DNA of 64,000 bases from Cenococcum geophilum (GCA_050273025.1 CP158636.1:9548001-9612000), one strand, 5' to 3'; shown: positions 36,464-51,682, numbered from the stretch's first letter. Notes: generated by a model not told the origin, from the letters alone. Program-made: numbers and translations.

Positions 36464-37565
36464 ATGGAATCTATCTTGGCTAAAAACGGCACTGCGCCTC
36501 TGGCTGCTGTGGCTGCTGGCGTTACTACCCATTTGGGTTTCTTCATTCGAAATGAGCATCATCTACACGGTTTGATGTATATAAAGATCTTTCTCCTAGC
36601 CTTTTTAACTACTATCATCGCCATCGTTCGTGTGAATAATGAAGCTTTCGGGACTGCTTTTACAAAAACCGGAGCGCTAACAGCCTACTACCTCGGCGGC
36701 CTCTATACCAGCCTCCTGGTCTACCGTATCTTCTTTCACCCCTTGAAGAAATTCCCCGGCCCTTTCGGGAATAAGATTGGAAATCTCTGATTTTCGATGC
36801 AGCTAGGAAATGCTGACGCTTATATGAAAGTCCTCAATCTTCATAAGAAATATGGCAATTTTGTACGCATCGGATCATCTGATCTATCGACAATCCACCC
36901 AAAAGCCACATATGCTATTTACAGACCCGGATCCGAGTGTACTAGAGCTGCTGTCTATAATGGTGACCCCACACCGTCGATGGTATCACTACGAGATCGG
37001 GCTTCGCATGACCGACGGCGCCGCGTTTGGAGCCCAGCATTCAGCGACAAAGCTTTGCGTGGTTATGAACAAAGGATCCAGGTTTACGACAGTCAGCTCA
37101 TCACCAGGGTTGCTCAATCTTCCGGAAAACCTATCAATGTCTCCAAATTGTTCAACTACTACAGTTTCGATATCATGGGGGACCTCGCTTTCGGCAAGCC
37201 GTTCAACATGCTTCAGAATGAAAAGGAACACTGGGCCGTAAAACTCTTAAACGATGGCATGGAGACAATGGCGTTCCTGCTTCCTGTATGGCTATTCGGG
37301 GATGCTATCGCAGATCCCAAGTCTTATGAAAGATTACTATAAACTTGTGGGATTCTGCTGCATCCAGTTAGATGAGAGGATGAAGGTACCCTTTCCGAAG
37401 CCCTATATTACATAATCTTGGATTCAATGGCTGATATTGAGCAGACGAAAGTAGAGATTCCGGACATTATGGCCACGCTTCTCGAACAATTTCAGGAACA
37501 AGCGCCCACTGGTGACGATCTCAGGATGTTGCAAGGGGACTCTCGGCTAGTTGTCGTAGCTTGAA
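36464..37565 (+). pseudogene. Cytochrome P450 pseudogene, 5' half
   Basis: TM anchor, then HPLKKFPGP, KYGNFVRIG, HDRRRRVWSPAFSDKALRGYE, FDIMGDLAFGKPF. In-frame TGA at 36788, frameshift near 37300, intron about 37386-37444. Ends at the I-helix DSRLVVVA where a hAT begins. Confidence 0.92.
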
Positions 37566-37699
37566 CAGGGTTGTTTTGGATAATGCGAATAAGCGAGCAT
37601 AAAATATCCTTTATCCAATAGAAAATGCATAAAATATCGCAATCGATAAGGATAAAAGTGCCCGTGCGGAGCTTTTCTACCCTAACCAAGCAGAATTTG

Positions 37700-37790
37700 G
37701 CAGATATTGCAGATATTGCAGATATTGCGGATATTGTGGATATTGCGGATATTGCGGATATTGCAGATATTGCGGATATTGCGGATATTA
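37700..37790. repeat. 9-bp tandem repeat (GCRGATATT)n in the hAT subterminal region
   Basis: About ten direct copies. Confidence 0.9.
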
Positions 37791-40512
37791 CAGTAGGAAT
37801 AAGTAGGTATCTACCTTCCCCCCCCCCTAACTATATAATAGCTAAATACTTAAAGAAAAATTACCTATTTCTCTTATAGTTCTTCTCTAATGCCAATTCT
37901 TTAAACACTCTGTTTTCTTAAGAGTTTTAGGATTTATTTATATTCTCTCCTATAATACCGTATAACGTCCTCCTAAAAAGACTCTTTCTAGCTTATCGCT
38001 TATTGCTAGAATTAAGAGAATTTTAATTGCTATAAGTAAGAGCCGTAGCTAGCGCTTTTGTTGCTGTTCTTAAGACTACTACTAAAGTATAGTTATTAAA
38101 ATCTTATATGGCGTCTTAGAGATAAAGTCCTTATATTTATCTTAACTTTTTAGTTAAAACATTATGCTATTAAGATCCTTAGCAATTCTATTAAACTTAT
38201 TAAGGTCTTAAGCTAGAGCTAGCTTTTTATATAATAATATACTTCTAGGCGTAGAACTTATATTTTAATATCTTTTCTAAAGCTCTTTAACGCTATTAAG
38301 TATAGGCTTATACCGCTCCTTTTTTTAAACCTACTTAATATATCTTATATAACGAGCTAGATAAAGAATAAGTACAGCGGCGTAAAGGGGCGAGTTATCT
38401 ATTTTATAGTAATAATATTAGCTAAATTAAGAAATAAAAAGGGGAGATAAACTAACCTAGAATTTATTAAGGTGCTTAATTATAATATCTATTATAAAAA
38501 GTATATTCTTAAGCGTTGCTTTATATCCCTGGCATTTTAGAGTTGCCTAGTAAAATATTTAAAGAAAACTTTTTATTATATAAAGCGCCTCCTAGTCCTT
38601 TAGACTAAGATAGTCCTTTTTAAGTATATTAAGGTTACGCTTAGTATACGTATTAAGGGTAGACTTTTTCTAAATTGCTATACTAAGCATAAAATACTAG
38701 CTATTCCATCTTATACAATTATTAAGTAGAATTCTTCTCCCTATAAGACTTTTAAACTCCCTTATATAACTAGCTAAGCTATAGGTATATACGGTAATGT
38801 TATAAAGCTTTCTAAGTACGCCAAGTTTCCGAAATATATTACTTTTCTCTTCTCCTCTTTTAGATCTAACTTTTTCCCTTTTACCTTATCTTCTTTATAT
38901 AACTTAATATTATTAAAACTAATTAAGTTTTTAAAGAGGAAAGCCTATACAGTAAGGTTAAGAATATAACCCTAATAGCGGATCCATTAATAGACGGGAT
39001 TCTATTTAATTTGTTCTTCCTAAAGAAGCTAGTTGCTTATTATATAATAGAGCTTATTATTTACAGTATAGTTATTAGATATAACGGCACCTAGCTTTTA
39101 CATAATTCCATAGTCCTTAAGTACTAAAAGAAGAGTATTTTATTACTTATCCCTACTATAAAAGGCTGTCACGGCACTGACCTATCTTATACTATTTCCT
39201 ACTATTAGCTAGCCCACCACTAGCGCCTTGGCGGCTGGCCCTACTATCTATATATAATACCCCTTTCGCCTCTTCTCCTCTTTATACCATAACGTAGTTA
39301 TTTAGTCTACTTTACTACAGCACCGTAACAGTTTGTAGTATCTCCTCTTACGCCCCGTCGCGATCTTTATCTTCCTAATTTACCGCCTCCATCTATAGTC
39401 TCTGTTTTTCCCAGTATAATTACGACCTAGCGCGACTAACAACACTATACTATAGTCTTAGCATAGCCTTAGTATAGCCTCAGCATAGTTCCAGACAGTC
39501 TTAATAACCTTAGTATTAGAGTTAGCCTTATAAGATTTTAATTGCCCTACCTAGATCCCTTGGAATGGGCGACTAAAATATAAATAACACCCCGTTAATA
39601 AATACACGCAAAGCACTCGCCTGCCTCTTTAATATTACCTACACTAATATTACCTAGGCAATTAGGAACGGTCCTAAGTACCCTAAGGACCTTAATATGG
39701 TAAAAATCTTCTAGCACTTCTCTATATATATAACCTTTTTAACTAGTGTTAAGAGTGGTCTCCAAACGGTCTATAATAAAGGTTAAACTGCAAAGTCCTA
39801 ACTTAAAGAAGCTTAGTATAAAATTAACTCCCTTATAATGCCTAAACTATATATACAACAATATAAATAGTAAGCTTTTATATATACTAAGACCATATAA
39901 AGTCTAAGCTCTCAGATCGCTATACTTACTTAAGCTATTGCTAATAAAAACACAAACCCTATAACTAGCTCCCCTCTTCCAGCTAAGCCCTATAGGAAAA
40001 AGCGTAAAGCAAAAAATCTAACCCTATTTAACAGCAAGGGATCACCAATTAAAAAGTAAGAAAAATTTAAAATATAGGAAATAAAGATCTAAGGTATTTT
40101 CTAAAGGGATGTAAAGTGCTTTAAGACCCTAATGGATAAAGTCCTCTATATGTCAGATATACTAATAGATAAGGCCTACAACTATATTAAATATAACCTT
40201 AATATGCTATGTATATACCCAAACAATCTAAGTAAATAGACCTTTTCTAACTAAGAATCTATATTTATATATATAAGAAGACATTATAAGACTATAGATA
40301 TAACCCAAGCGGCTAAAAATAAGTTGGATACTTTATATTAAGGCGAGCGTAACTACTAGTTTTAGAAAGCAGAGCTTAATAAGTTAATAATTAAAGCAAA
40401 CAAGACTAAGGAATAAAAGGTAGATTTACTTAGAAAGAATATTTCCCCTAAAATAAAAGACCTAGCCCTTACCCTTAGCCGCAAGATTAATAATGCCAAC
40501 TATAAGGGCTAG

Positions 40513-43500
40513 TGTTGGTCATATAGGGTGACTCACTAATAACGACTACTCGAGTAGGGTTACAGTGATGTTGGTTGATAAAGCTTATTGATTGGAATGA
40601 AGGAGGGCGAGGAGCTTAAGACTCCTCGCCACGCTAGTGTCGCGGCGTCACGTGACGACCGCTTACCTCATTCCCGACACTAGCAACTCTTCTTTTATGG
40701 TTGCCATCTATATATAAATACTGCTTGACTAGTATAACAAATATTAATCCTCCTTACTTACTATTGCTATTATAATATAAGTCCCGCTATTTTAAAATTT
40801 GCCTCTTAGCACGTGGTGCTTTTTTACTTAAAGTTGTGGGTGGATATTGTGTTAGGGCCGCTAAGGCGCTAGTTAGAAGCGAGCCAATAGCAATTTTCCA
40901 TCCTAGGGATAGAAAATCCTAATTAGCTAGGTTAAGTTAGGGTCTATAGAATATTATACTCCCCCCTCTAAAAAAGTCTTGGTAAGAGAATCTGACTAAT
41001 TAGATAACTTTAACCGCCGGTTAAAGTTCCTAGATATCTTAAGACCTTATATAACTAAGAAGTTTCTAAGGACTCCCTTTTAACCTAACCTTTAACTTAT
41101 ATATATAGAGTATTTATATTAACAAACGTCTCTAGTGCCTTATTTAGGTTCGCCTTTATTATTACATCTACTAAGTTATCTTGGCTATTAATCTATTAAA
41201 TCTTAAAGAGTTTTTAACGCTTATAGGATTGCTAAAGTACTATAATATTAATTATAAGGCGCTTCTCCTTTATAGCACCGAGCTTAACTAAATACTTATA
41301 GAGGGAATATAAGTTGGTATATATAATTATAGGGATAATAGGAAGTTCGAGTCAATCTATAATTATCTTTAGGGTAGTTCTAATTGTAATTGCTATATTA
41401 ACTCCGCTAACCATTCTATATATCTCTAACGCTAGAACGCTCCAAGTAACGCGCTTACTCTTAGTTAAGCTCTAATAGATAAGATTACCGTAGATTATAA
41501 AGTTATTCTCTCTAGTAGATTCGTTTATAATAATAATCTTATATTCTAGCTAGGAGCTAAAATCTTTATTATTTATAAACGATCTATTAATAAATATAAA
41601 GAGCTTAGCGGTAGGAAGATTAATAGGTATATAGAGTAGTCCCTAATCGAGATAGTTCATTTACTAAGAAAGACGCTTATTTAGGGTAAGAATATTATCC
41701 TTAGTTGGTTTCTAGTATTAGGCGGCAATAGAGAGATTAAATAAAGCCTTAGGTTAATAAATAAAAGCAATATAAGCTCTATAAGCGCGTTACTCTACAT
41801 ATCCTTATTTTAGAGAGTTAACGTTAATAATATTAATCTTCTTACCTTAACCCTTCTGGCGTAAAGCAATAGAATCCTCATTTAGAGAGAGGATGCATCT
41901 ATTAAAAAGTAATAGTGTTATTAAATTAAGCTTTTCCTTTAGCTTTACTATAAGATTTACCTTTACTAGCTTATCTTCTTTAAGAGCTAAGAATTAGTTG
42001 TCTCCTAAAATAATTATATTATTAGTTTATATACCGACAATTCCAAATAGGGTTCCCGTAGTTATAATAAGGAAGTATAAATTAAATATAGAAGTAGTTA
42101 TTAAAAGTTTCTCTTTATAGTGCTTGCTATAGGTAGCCTACTAACAAGTTCCTACCTCTGCAATTTTATATAATAGCTTAAGCACAACTATAATTATATC
42201 TTCGGGATATTAATGGCGAATTTACTCTAAAAGGTATGCTAATATTAAGCGCTAAAGGTGCGTCTCTAATTAGGTATAGGCCTAAGTAATATCTTATAGG
42301 TAGACCGCTATTCTATTCTTTATTAGGGAGGGAGCTAGTGCAATAATAACTCGCTAACTAGCTCGTTAAATTATAGGAGATCATATAAAAATTACCTCCT
42401 TACTATTATTATTGTAGCCTTAGATAACAAGCCTTAATTTCTTAAATAGGGCGTTAATAGCTTTGCCCTTAATCTTATTAACTATTCTTAACTTAAAGAT
42501 GCGGACTCTATTAAACTTAGTAGGGTTATACTTCTTAAATTTAAAGACTCCTCTTATAATAAGACTATCGATCTCCTGCTTATTAGATACTTAGAAAGAA
42601 GCTCCTAAAGTTATAATATAACCTTTCTTTTAGAGCTGTTTTACAAGTTTAAAGTTAGCCTTCTCCTTAGCTGTTATAAAGGCTATTAATAGCTTAACTC
42701 TATTCTTAATAGCAGTAATAAATTGCTCTTTAAAATTAATAAGATATTAGCGATTTCGTAATCCTTTTAGGCGACCTCTATCGCGTTATAGTTACGGCAT
42801 ATCTACTACAATTATATTAGGATTATGGTTGCTTTCTAGAGCACGTTAATCGTGGCTCTCCTCTAAGGCGTCTTCTATAGCATCCTATAAAGGCTTAGAA
42901 CTGTTATTTTTATAATAAGGCTTAATAATAGTTAAACGGAATTAAGTGGGTCTATAAGGCATCTAAATAGTATAAGTTTAACTATTAATTATAATAAGTT
43001 AATATGGGCCTAACTACTTTTCCTTTTTACGCTATACGCGTACCTTAGACTAGAGTGGCAGATTAAGCGTAGTTAAGGTATTTAGGCCATTTCTTATTCC
43101 TAGTACGTTGTTAACCTAGCATGTAGCGTAGAGATATCGCACCTCCTTCGTTACCTTGTAAATAGCCTTAGCTTATTATACAACGGAGGGAGATAGTAGA
43201 GAATTATTAGTTATTTAAGGGTAGGCGCTAAAGACTAGTAGCGTGGGTATAAGTCTATCCGGGCTAGCAGAATTATTAATAGCTTTAATAGCTATTTATA
43301 AGGTAAGTTTTTTACTAGCGTCCTCTAGTTCTAAAGAGATAATCTTATATACGCGGCGTAATGGCGCGTAATATTGCTCTACTTTTCTAATACTATTATA
43401 TGCCTTAATAGGGACTTCCTTAACCTTAATTACCATTGCCTTTATCTATTATTAAAACTCTATAGATAAGAAGTTCTTTTCTATATTATAGACGATTTGG

Positions 43501-46500
43501 TTAGGGGGTCCTAAATAGATATTAATCTAGTATAACTAAAGGGTATCCTATGCGTTTCTGGCTAATATATCTTTTAAGAAACGTGCGGCTTAGAAGGAGG
43601 TTAAGAAGTTAATAACTTAGAGCACTGGCTTACCGCTAAAATATATAACGTTAATAATAATATAGAAGTTAAAGTCATAGTTATCCTTAAGGGTAAACTT
43701 AAATCGGCTAGGGGACTTCTGGTTTATTTAGTAGTAGTAATAATACTTTATAAAATGCTTAATTACCTTAACCTTAACTTTATAGCCTACTTACTAAAGA
43801 ACCCTAAGCAATTAATAAACGGATAGGTGGCTAAAATGATGGTGTAGTTAATATAACTCTAACTTAGTTAGGTAGCTTTAAGTAATACTCTTTTCTAGTT
43901 AATAAAGGAGTAACTAAGGGTAACCCTACTTACGTACGATAGGTACCTAACTATCTCCCTATATAAGTATATTCTTAAGGTTATTAAACTTAACGCCTAA
44001 TTTATTTATATCTCCGATATAAAATAGAAATAGAGTATTTATAGAAATAACGTAGAAAGTAATATACCCTACGGGGGTTTAGACCCTAATTATGCTAAGA
44101 GAGATTATAGTACCCTTACTAAAACGAATTGTATATTGGCCTGCTGTTAAATAGTTAATCTAAATAGAGTTATTAAGCTGCTAAAGGGCTCGAACTTAAG
44201 GTTCTCTTATTATAGATACTCCTGCGGCTCTAGTATCTGGTATAATACTATAGAAGATATTTGCCGAGTATCTGTTGTTAAAGGAGAACGCGGAGCTCTC
44301 CTTTAGCTTATTAAAGATATCTAACTTCATAATAGAATGGAGCGTAGATTAGTTATTAAGAACAGCGACGGTTTGTATACTATCTACCTTACTATACTTA
44401 GTAAAGTATTAGTTAGGAAAGTAGTTCTTAATTTCCATATTTATAAGGAGCTATTCGGTCTTATTAACCTTACCCTTAAGATCTTTTACGCCTTTATATT
44501 AAACTAGGAAGCTTTAGAAGTAGGCTATAGTAACCTTATAATTTCCGACATTTCTTATACTTTAACGGAACTTATTATATGCCTTCTTTTACTTATTAAG
44601 AGAATGCCTAGTTAACTAGTAATTTGGTTTTTTACAAATATAGCACTTCTTTTAGTAATTACTTTAAAATAAACCTCTATAAGGACCTCTACTTTTGCCT
44701 TATAGTTATTAATTATACCCTCTACCGTATTACTTACTACAGCTACTATATATTTAATTAGTCTAGTTATAATTATATTAATCGGGCGGGTCGATTAAAG
44801 TAGGTTAGAGTTAGGCGTTAAATTACTATACTTTTTAAAAGCGTAGAGCGGTGCTAACAGAAGATCTTAATTAGGCATATACTCCTTTATAAGTATTTAT
44901 AGGATTAAAGAGTACAAGGTTGCATTCTTTAACGCCTTAGTATACGCTAATAACTTAATTACGTAGGCTGAAATCCTCTTAATATAATTTAAATAAACTA
45001 CGCTGAATTATCTAAAGTTAATTAAAGAGCTTTTAAAGATAATTAAGCTAAGGGACACCTAGGTTTGTAGCAATAATTCTTAAGAAGGTAGTCTCTCTCT
45101 ATTCTAACATATACTGCTACTTATTCTCTTCTATTTTAAAGTGGTATTTTAACTTATATATTATACGGTCAAAATTATATCCTTTTTCTGCTAAATGGTT
45201 ATAATAGAAGGTACTAGCTCGGCCCTTAAGCATAACGGAATAGGCGTTATGGTATTAATTAGACTCTATTCCTACTTTCTAGCAATAGTTATAGAAGATA
45301 CGTAGTTTTAAATTAAGGACATTATATAGTTCCCTACTAAACTTCTTCTCCTGATCTAAATAGAGCTTCGCGAGCTCTGTAAGCAATTTTAAACTGCCTT
45401 TAATTTAAGATTAAAATAGAGGAGGTAGGAGTTGTATTACAGGCTATAGTGGGGGCATAGGTCTAATTAATAGAGTCTAAAGGTTATTAAATTGCGGAGC
45501 AATAGGATCCTGTACCTACTCTTATTAGGGTATAGTGTCTAATATTAAAGCTATAAGTTAAATTAGATACAGAGGAGTTAAGGGCAAAGGTAGATTCGTC
45601 TCTAGAGGTATATTGCTTGGATTTTATTATAAGTTAAGCTTCCTTATAGTGCGTAGTTAGTGCTTAATCTTTTATAGAGTCTATTCGTGCTCTTCTTTTA
45701 TATTAAGGACTTGCTCCTAAATATTATCTCTAATAGTACCCCTATCTATAGGTATAAATACTCTATACTCCCATAAGAAGTTACGGAAGTTTTATATAAT
45801 ATCCTTCTTTACAGGAGTCTATATTTCCTTTATCTATCTAATAAAATCCTCCCTTATATAGTACTATAGCATAGTGTCGTTATATTCGCTGTCTTTATAG
45901 TATGCTATACGGTATAATAAGAATCCGTTTAGGTTCTATTGCTTAGTATTTGCAAAGTTAATTATATCGGTATTCTATATTTCCGGGCTAATATCCTTCT
46001 CGTACTTCTTTAGATAGGTTAACGCTATAGTAGATATAGAATTAACGGGGTGTTGTACGTTAAAGGTAGGTAGGATTTTCGGTTTTGTAGGATCTTATAG
46101 GTTTACTATTAAGAGGTAGGCAATTCAAGATATTATTTAACGCGTTTTGGACGTCTTTTAACGCGTTTTAGATATTAACTTGGGACCGTAGGTTTAGTGA
46201 TACTTCTAACCTAAAGTACTTAACCAAATCTTCGTAAACGTGGTTGTTCTGCGTAATAGACGCAACTTAGTATCTCCTAGTACTTAGTGACACTTCTATT
46301 ACTAGTTTTCCGCAAGTCTAAGGTAGTATAGTATCGCCGGGATCTATTCTATATAAGCGTATATAACACCCCTATATAAGACTATCTCTTCTATTCGAAA
46401 ACCTAGCTGCTCTATAGTTAACTGTGTATTTAACCACTGATCAGTATTAGTTACACAGGGTGGCTCACCAATAACGACTACTCGAGTAGGGTTATAGTGA

Positions 46501-46611
46501 TATTGGTTAATAAAGCTTATTGATTGGAATGAGGGAGGGCGAGGAGCTTAAGACTCCTCGCCACGCTAGTGTCGCGGCGTCACGTGACGACCGCTTGCCT
46601 CATTCCCGACA
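40513..46611 (-). mobile_element. Full-length Ty1/copia retrotransposon nested in gypsy gag, RIP-degraded
   Basis: 167-bp LTRs at 40513-40679 and 46445-46611, TSD GCTAG, gag-PR-IN-RT-RH order on -. Related to the elements at 1-2240 and 2241-5596. Confidence 0.95.
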
Positions 46612-49600
46612 GCTAGAGTAAGTAAATAGACGTATTCGCTTATAACCTATAAAACTATACCTACTATACTAAGCTAAATACTGCCAAGCTAAACACCGCT
46701 AGCGGATATTAACCTATATTACCTAATAATAATACCTTAGTACTAGTACTATAGAATAACCTAATAGACCTTAACGCCGTCAAATTCGGCAGCGGTAGTA
46801 GTAGCCTCCTTAATAACGTTTAAAGATATTATATAGATTATAAACTCTGTATAGTATATAGCCAATCTAGCTACTAGAAAGATGCTTATAACCCTTAGAT
46901 AAACCTAAATCCCCTTTTAATACTACCACGCTAACCTCCTCCTAGCCGCGGCAGATTCTTTAGCAAAGGGGATAGTAATTAAGGCGGTAACTAGGGACGA
47001 GGACGCGGGTTTAGATATAGAAACCTACTCCTATAATTTCCCTCCCTAATATAGCCCTAGCTAATAGTCCTATATACAAACTACGGATAAATACTCTATA
47101 CTACTACTAATCGTAAGACCGGCCATATTATTAAAGAAGTACCCCCTAGTATATATATACTGTTAAAGACCAACACGTTAGGACATACTAGCTAAGACCA
47201 TAGCCACTAGCCAAGCCCTATAATCCAGTTATTAAAAGGCCAACCCTTAGACTAAGTTGCCTCTAAGGGTTAAAACCATACGGGGAGGAGGATAAAAGAA
47301 TTAGATCTATACTACTAGATTAGTTAGACCTTATTTTAAGCCAGCTAGCACTTAACCTTAGAACAATAAATAATAATAGAAATGCTATCCTTATCTAGAC
47401 TTACCTCTCCTTACCGCATAACCCACTCCTAAAAGTCTTTATTAAAACATTAAGCCTTATTAATAGTGGTAGTATAGCACTAGCGTTTACAGACGAAAAC
47501 TCGCTTATAAAAAAGCATAATATTATAATAAAAAGACTCCTAGTTTTAAAACTACTCCGCCTTACTAACGGACTCCTATCCAGCTTTATTACCCATTACT
47601 TTATAGTAAAAATAATAATCGGCCACTATATAGAATCTATACTTTTCTATATTATAAAGTTATTACCCTTAATACTAGTAATTCTTAGAATGCCCTAGCT
47701 TAAAAAGTATAACCTAAGAATAGACTTCCCTGTTCTAAAGCTTAAGTTTAACTCTAATTACTATACCTATAACTATCTCCTATAGCATATCCCTAACTAT
47801 AACTAAGTAGCACTATATAGACGCATCGCACGGCTAACGCTTAAATACCATTAGCTAATAGTAAAAGAGGTACCTAATACTAGCGAGCCAATATATGCAG
47901 TAAACGAAGCGGAGATTCTAGAAGATTAGATTACTGCCCTACCCTTAAGAATATAAACACCGCCAGAACTATAAGTCCCCTATATATACCTACTTAACTT
48001 AGGCCAGCCAATAAGACACCTAACTCTAAGTTATTTACTATACGTATACGTGACCACATATATAACAGCTAAAGGCGTTATATCTAAGACCAAAACCAGA
48101 GCAATTAAGACCTCCCCTTATAACGCCTAACCTTATACCTATCTTCCGCGCGTACTATATAACGCCGCCGCCTCGTTTCCGCCCCCCTAGGCTAACTAAG
48201 CCGCGCTAGCTTAGCCGTAGCACCAGAGAACCAGACACGCCCTAACCTAAATAACATTAAATACACTTATACCGTTAATTTTACCTAGTTCTATAAATAA
48301 AAAGACGTAAAGGTAATAAGGATCTATATAGCAGAGCTAGTAGAACTAGTTAAATAAAAAGAGCATTAATAGCTACTTAAAGAGCTACCTATAGGCCTAA
48401 TAGAAGTACCAAACCTATTAAAAAGGGGTTTCCGCTAGCTAGTGGAAGGCAACTATATAATAGAGGAAGCTCGTAAAGCGCTACCCCCTTATTTCTATAA
48501 CTTCCTTAAAATAAACCTAAAAACTAAGTCTAAGTTCCTATGCTAAAAGATAGTTAATACCAATATTAAAAAATTCCTAAAAGGCAAACCAGGATTAACC
48601 CGTAAAGATATTTTATAACGCTTACTAAAAGAGTTCTATAAATATATTAAACACTTCCTCCCTAAGAACGTAGATAAGCTACCCCCTTACTAACTATAGG
48701 ACTATAAAATTAAGATTATACCCAGAAAGTAAGCCCTATATTATAAAAACAGACCACTTTTACCTACTAAACTTAGTTATATAAAGAAGTGGATTAACAA
48801 GATGCTAGATAAGGGTTTTATCCGCGAGTTAACATTACTAGCCGCTATACTACTCCTCCTTGCTGCGAAACCTAGCGGCAGTATATAAATCTACTATAAC
48901 TACTAAGGCCTAAATATAGTTACTATTAAAAATTAGTACCCATTACTACTAATCTACAAGACACTTAACGCACTCTATAGCGCTAAGTACTTTACTAAAC
49001 TTAATATAATTACTGCATTTAATTAGATCCGGATTGCGGAAGGCTATAAATAGCTTATAGCATTTATTACCTGGTTTAGGCTCTATAAAATATTAGTTAT
49101 ACTATTTAGTCTCTATAACGCACCCGCTATATTCTAAAACTATATAAACCATATTTTATATAACGCCCTTAATAACTACTGTACTACGTATTTTAATAAT
49201 ATCCTTATCTTCTTAAAAATACGTGCTAAGTATATAAAATATATAAATTAAGTTATCTAGAGACTTAGTAATACTGGACTCTAGATTAATATTAATAAGT
49301 CTAAGTTTTATACTACTAAAATAAAATACCTTAGCTTAATTATCTTAACTAATGGCATAACTATAAACCCTAAAAAGGTGCAGGCCTTATAGGAATAGAA
49401 GGACCCGATATTAGTTAAGGAACTATAGCAATTTCTTAGCTTTGCGAACTTCTACTAATAATTTATCTAAGGCTTTTCTAAGGTAGTTAAGCCTATAACT
49501 AGGCTACTAAAGAAAAGTACCGGCTAGTTATAGGGCCCTAATTAAGTACAGGCGTTCTAGACCCTAAAGATAGCATTTACTATAGTACCAGTTTTAGCAT

Positions 49601-51004
49601 ACTACGACTATATAAAGAAAACTATAGTAGAAACAGACGCCTTAAACTAGGCTTTAGGAGGAGTGCTTTACTAAGCTAGCGAAGATAGCAAACTTAAGCT
49701 AGTTATATTCTTCTCTGCTAAACACTCCGCCCCTAAATATAACTATAAGATATATAATAAGGAGCTTCTAGCAATTATAAAAGCACTAAAAAAATAGCGC
49801 CCTAAATTATAAGGAACTAAGTAACTATTTAAGATTATTACGGACTATAAGAACCTCTAGACTTTTATAATAATAAAATAACTAAACTAGCGCTAAGTCC
49901 GTTGGGCTAAGTTCCTCTCTTAGTTTAACTTTGTTATTACTTATAGGCCTAGCACTAAAGCTATAATCCTAAACGCTCTTAGCCGCCTCTTAGGCGTAGC
50001 ACCTGCTAATACTAGTAATAAACGTCTATAATACCGAAACCGCGTTATTTTACTACTAAAAAAAGTTAACCTTGCTATCCTAGAAGAGCTACTAAGCGAA
50101 TCTTAAAACTAAAGCGTTAAAGACTTTATTATAGTAATAGACCTAAAGCTTAAGAAAAAACCCTTAAGGAGCTTATTAAGAATGCCTATAAGGAAAATAA
50201 ACTTGCTAGGGATATATTGGCTACGTTACGCGAATGGGAAGGCCATAAAGTACGCCGTTAGCCCAAGCAGATTAGGAAGTTACTCCGCTATAATAAATCC
50301 AAATATTTAATTATTAACATAGGAATTAAGTATTTGTCCCTAATTTACCTAAACTCTAATTAGAAGTTATATACCGTATATATAGTTTGGGTCCTACAGG
50401 CCACCTAGGCCGCGTTAAGACACTAGACCTCCTTAATTAAACCTATTAGTAGCTAGGTATTTTCATCGGGAAAATATGGTACCCTTTCAATGGCCTTAAT
50501 GGCTGGTAGTTGACGCAATTGGCGCGCAGTTGAGGTCATTTGGCAACTCGACCGACTAGCCTATGTCGTGTTTTTTTGACACGCAGCCTGCGCGTAGCCT
50601 ACGCGCAACCTGCGCACAACCTGCCAGCAATCTGTGCATTTGGCAACCATAATTATATTTACCTCTTTTATACTAATAGCATATTTTAAATAAATAAAAG
50701 CTACTTTAAAGCTATTTATAAGGCTAGCAAAATAAATATTATTATTTTAGATAATTTAATATAATATAGCGATGGTTCTCTTCTACCTATCTACCTATTA
50801 ACTTACCTACCTGCCTACATTGCCTACCTGTCTGCATCGCCTACCTATCTACATCTGCTTGCCTGTCTGCATCTGCTTACCTATCTGTATCTGCCTACCT
50901 GTCTACATCTACCTACCCATTAGTATCTCCCTGTTTGTGCCTACCTGTCTGTGCTACCTTAATTTAATCAATCGATCGAATCGTTTATAGTATTCGCTGG
51001 CTAG

Positions 51005-51555
51005 TCGTTGTCGTCTGGCTCTGGCGACAGTTGTCTGGTTCTGGCAATGGTCGTCTAACTCTGGAGACGGTCGTCTAGTTCTGGCGACGGTCGTCTGGTT
51101 CTAGCGACGGTCGTCTGGCTCTGGCGACAGTTGTCTGGTTTTGGCGACAGTCGTCTAACTCTAGAGACGGTCGTCTGGTTCTGGCGACGGTCGTCTGGTT
51201 TTGGTAACGGTCGTCTGGTTCTGGTAACGGTCGTCTAGTTCTGGCGACGGTCGTCTAGTTCTAGCGACAGTTGTCTGGCTCTGGCGATAGTCGTCTAGTT
51301 CTGGCGACGGTTATCTGGTTCTGGCGACGGTCGTCTGGTTCTGGCGACGGTCGTCTGGTTCTAGCGACAGTTGTCTGGCTCTGGCGATAGTCGTCTGGCT
51401 CTGACGACGGTCGTCTGGTTCTGACGACGGTCATCTGGCTCTGGCGACGGTTGTCTGGCTCTGGCGACGGTCGTCTGGTTCTGGTAACGGTCGTCTGGTT
51501 CTGGCGACGGTTGTCTGATTCTAGCGATAGTCATCTAGTTCTAGCAACGGTCCTC
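51005..51555. repeat. 20-bp minisatellite (CTGGCGACGGTCGTCTGGTT)n
   Basis: About 27 tandem copies. Only a couple of units occur in the 14695 element (~15910-15945, reverse complement). Confidence 0.95.
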
Positions 51556-51682
51556 TGCTGGCTGCCGTTCTAGTGCCTCCCTAGGTAGGGAGGATGTAAG
51601 GAAGGAAGGAAGGGTAAAAAATAAGGCGGCTACATAGGCAGAGACACGTGTAGACGCTATCGGGAATATAGCGGGGACCCGA

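Noticed and set aside
37625..37879. ORF with (ADI)n repeat
   Set aside because: Translation of the hAT subterminal 9-bp repeat.
51005..51555. CRISPR-like array
   Set aside because: Head-to-tail repeats with no unique spacers, no cas genes, eukaryotic context.
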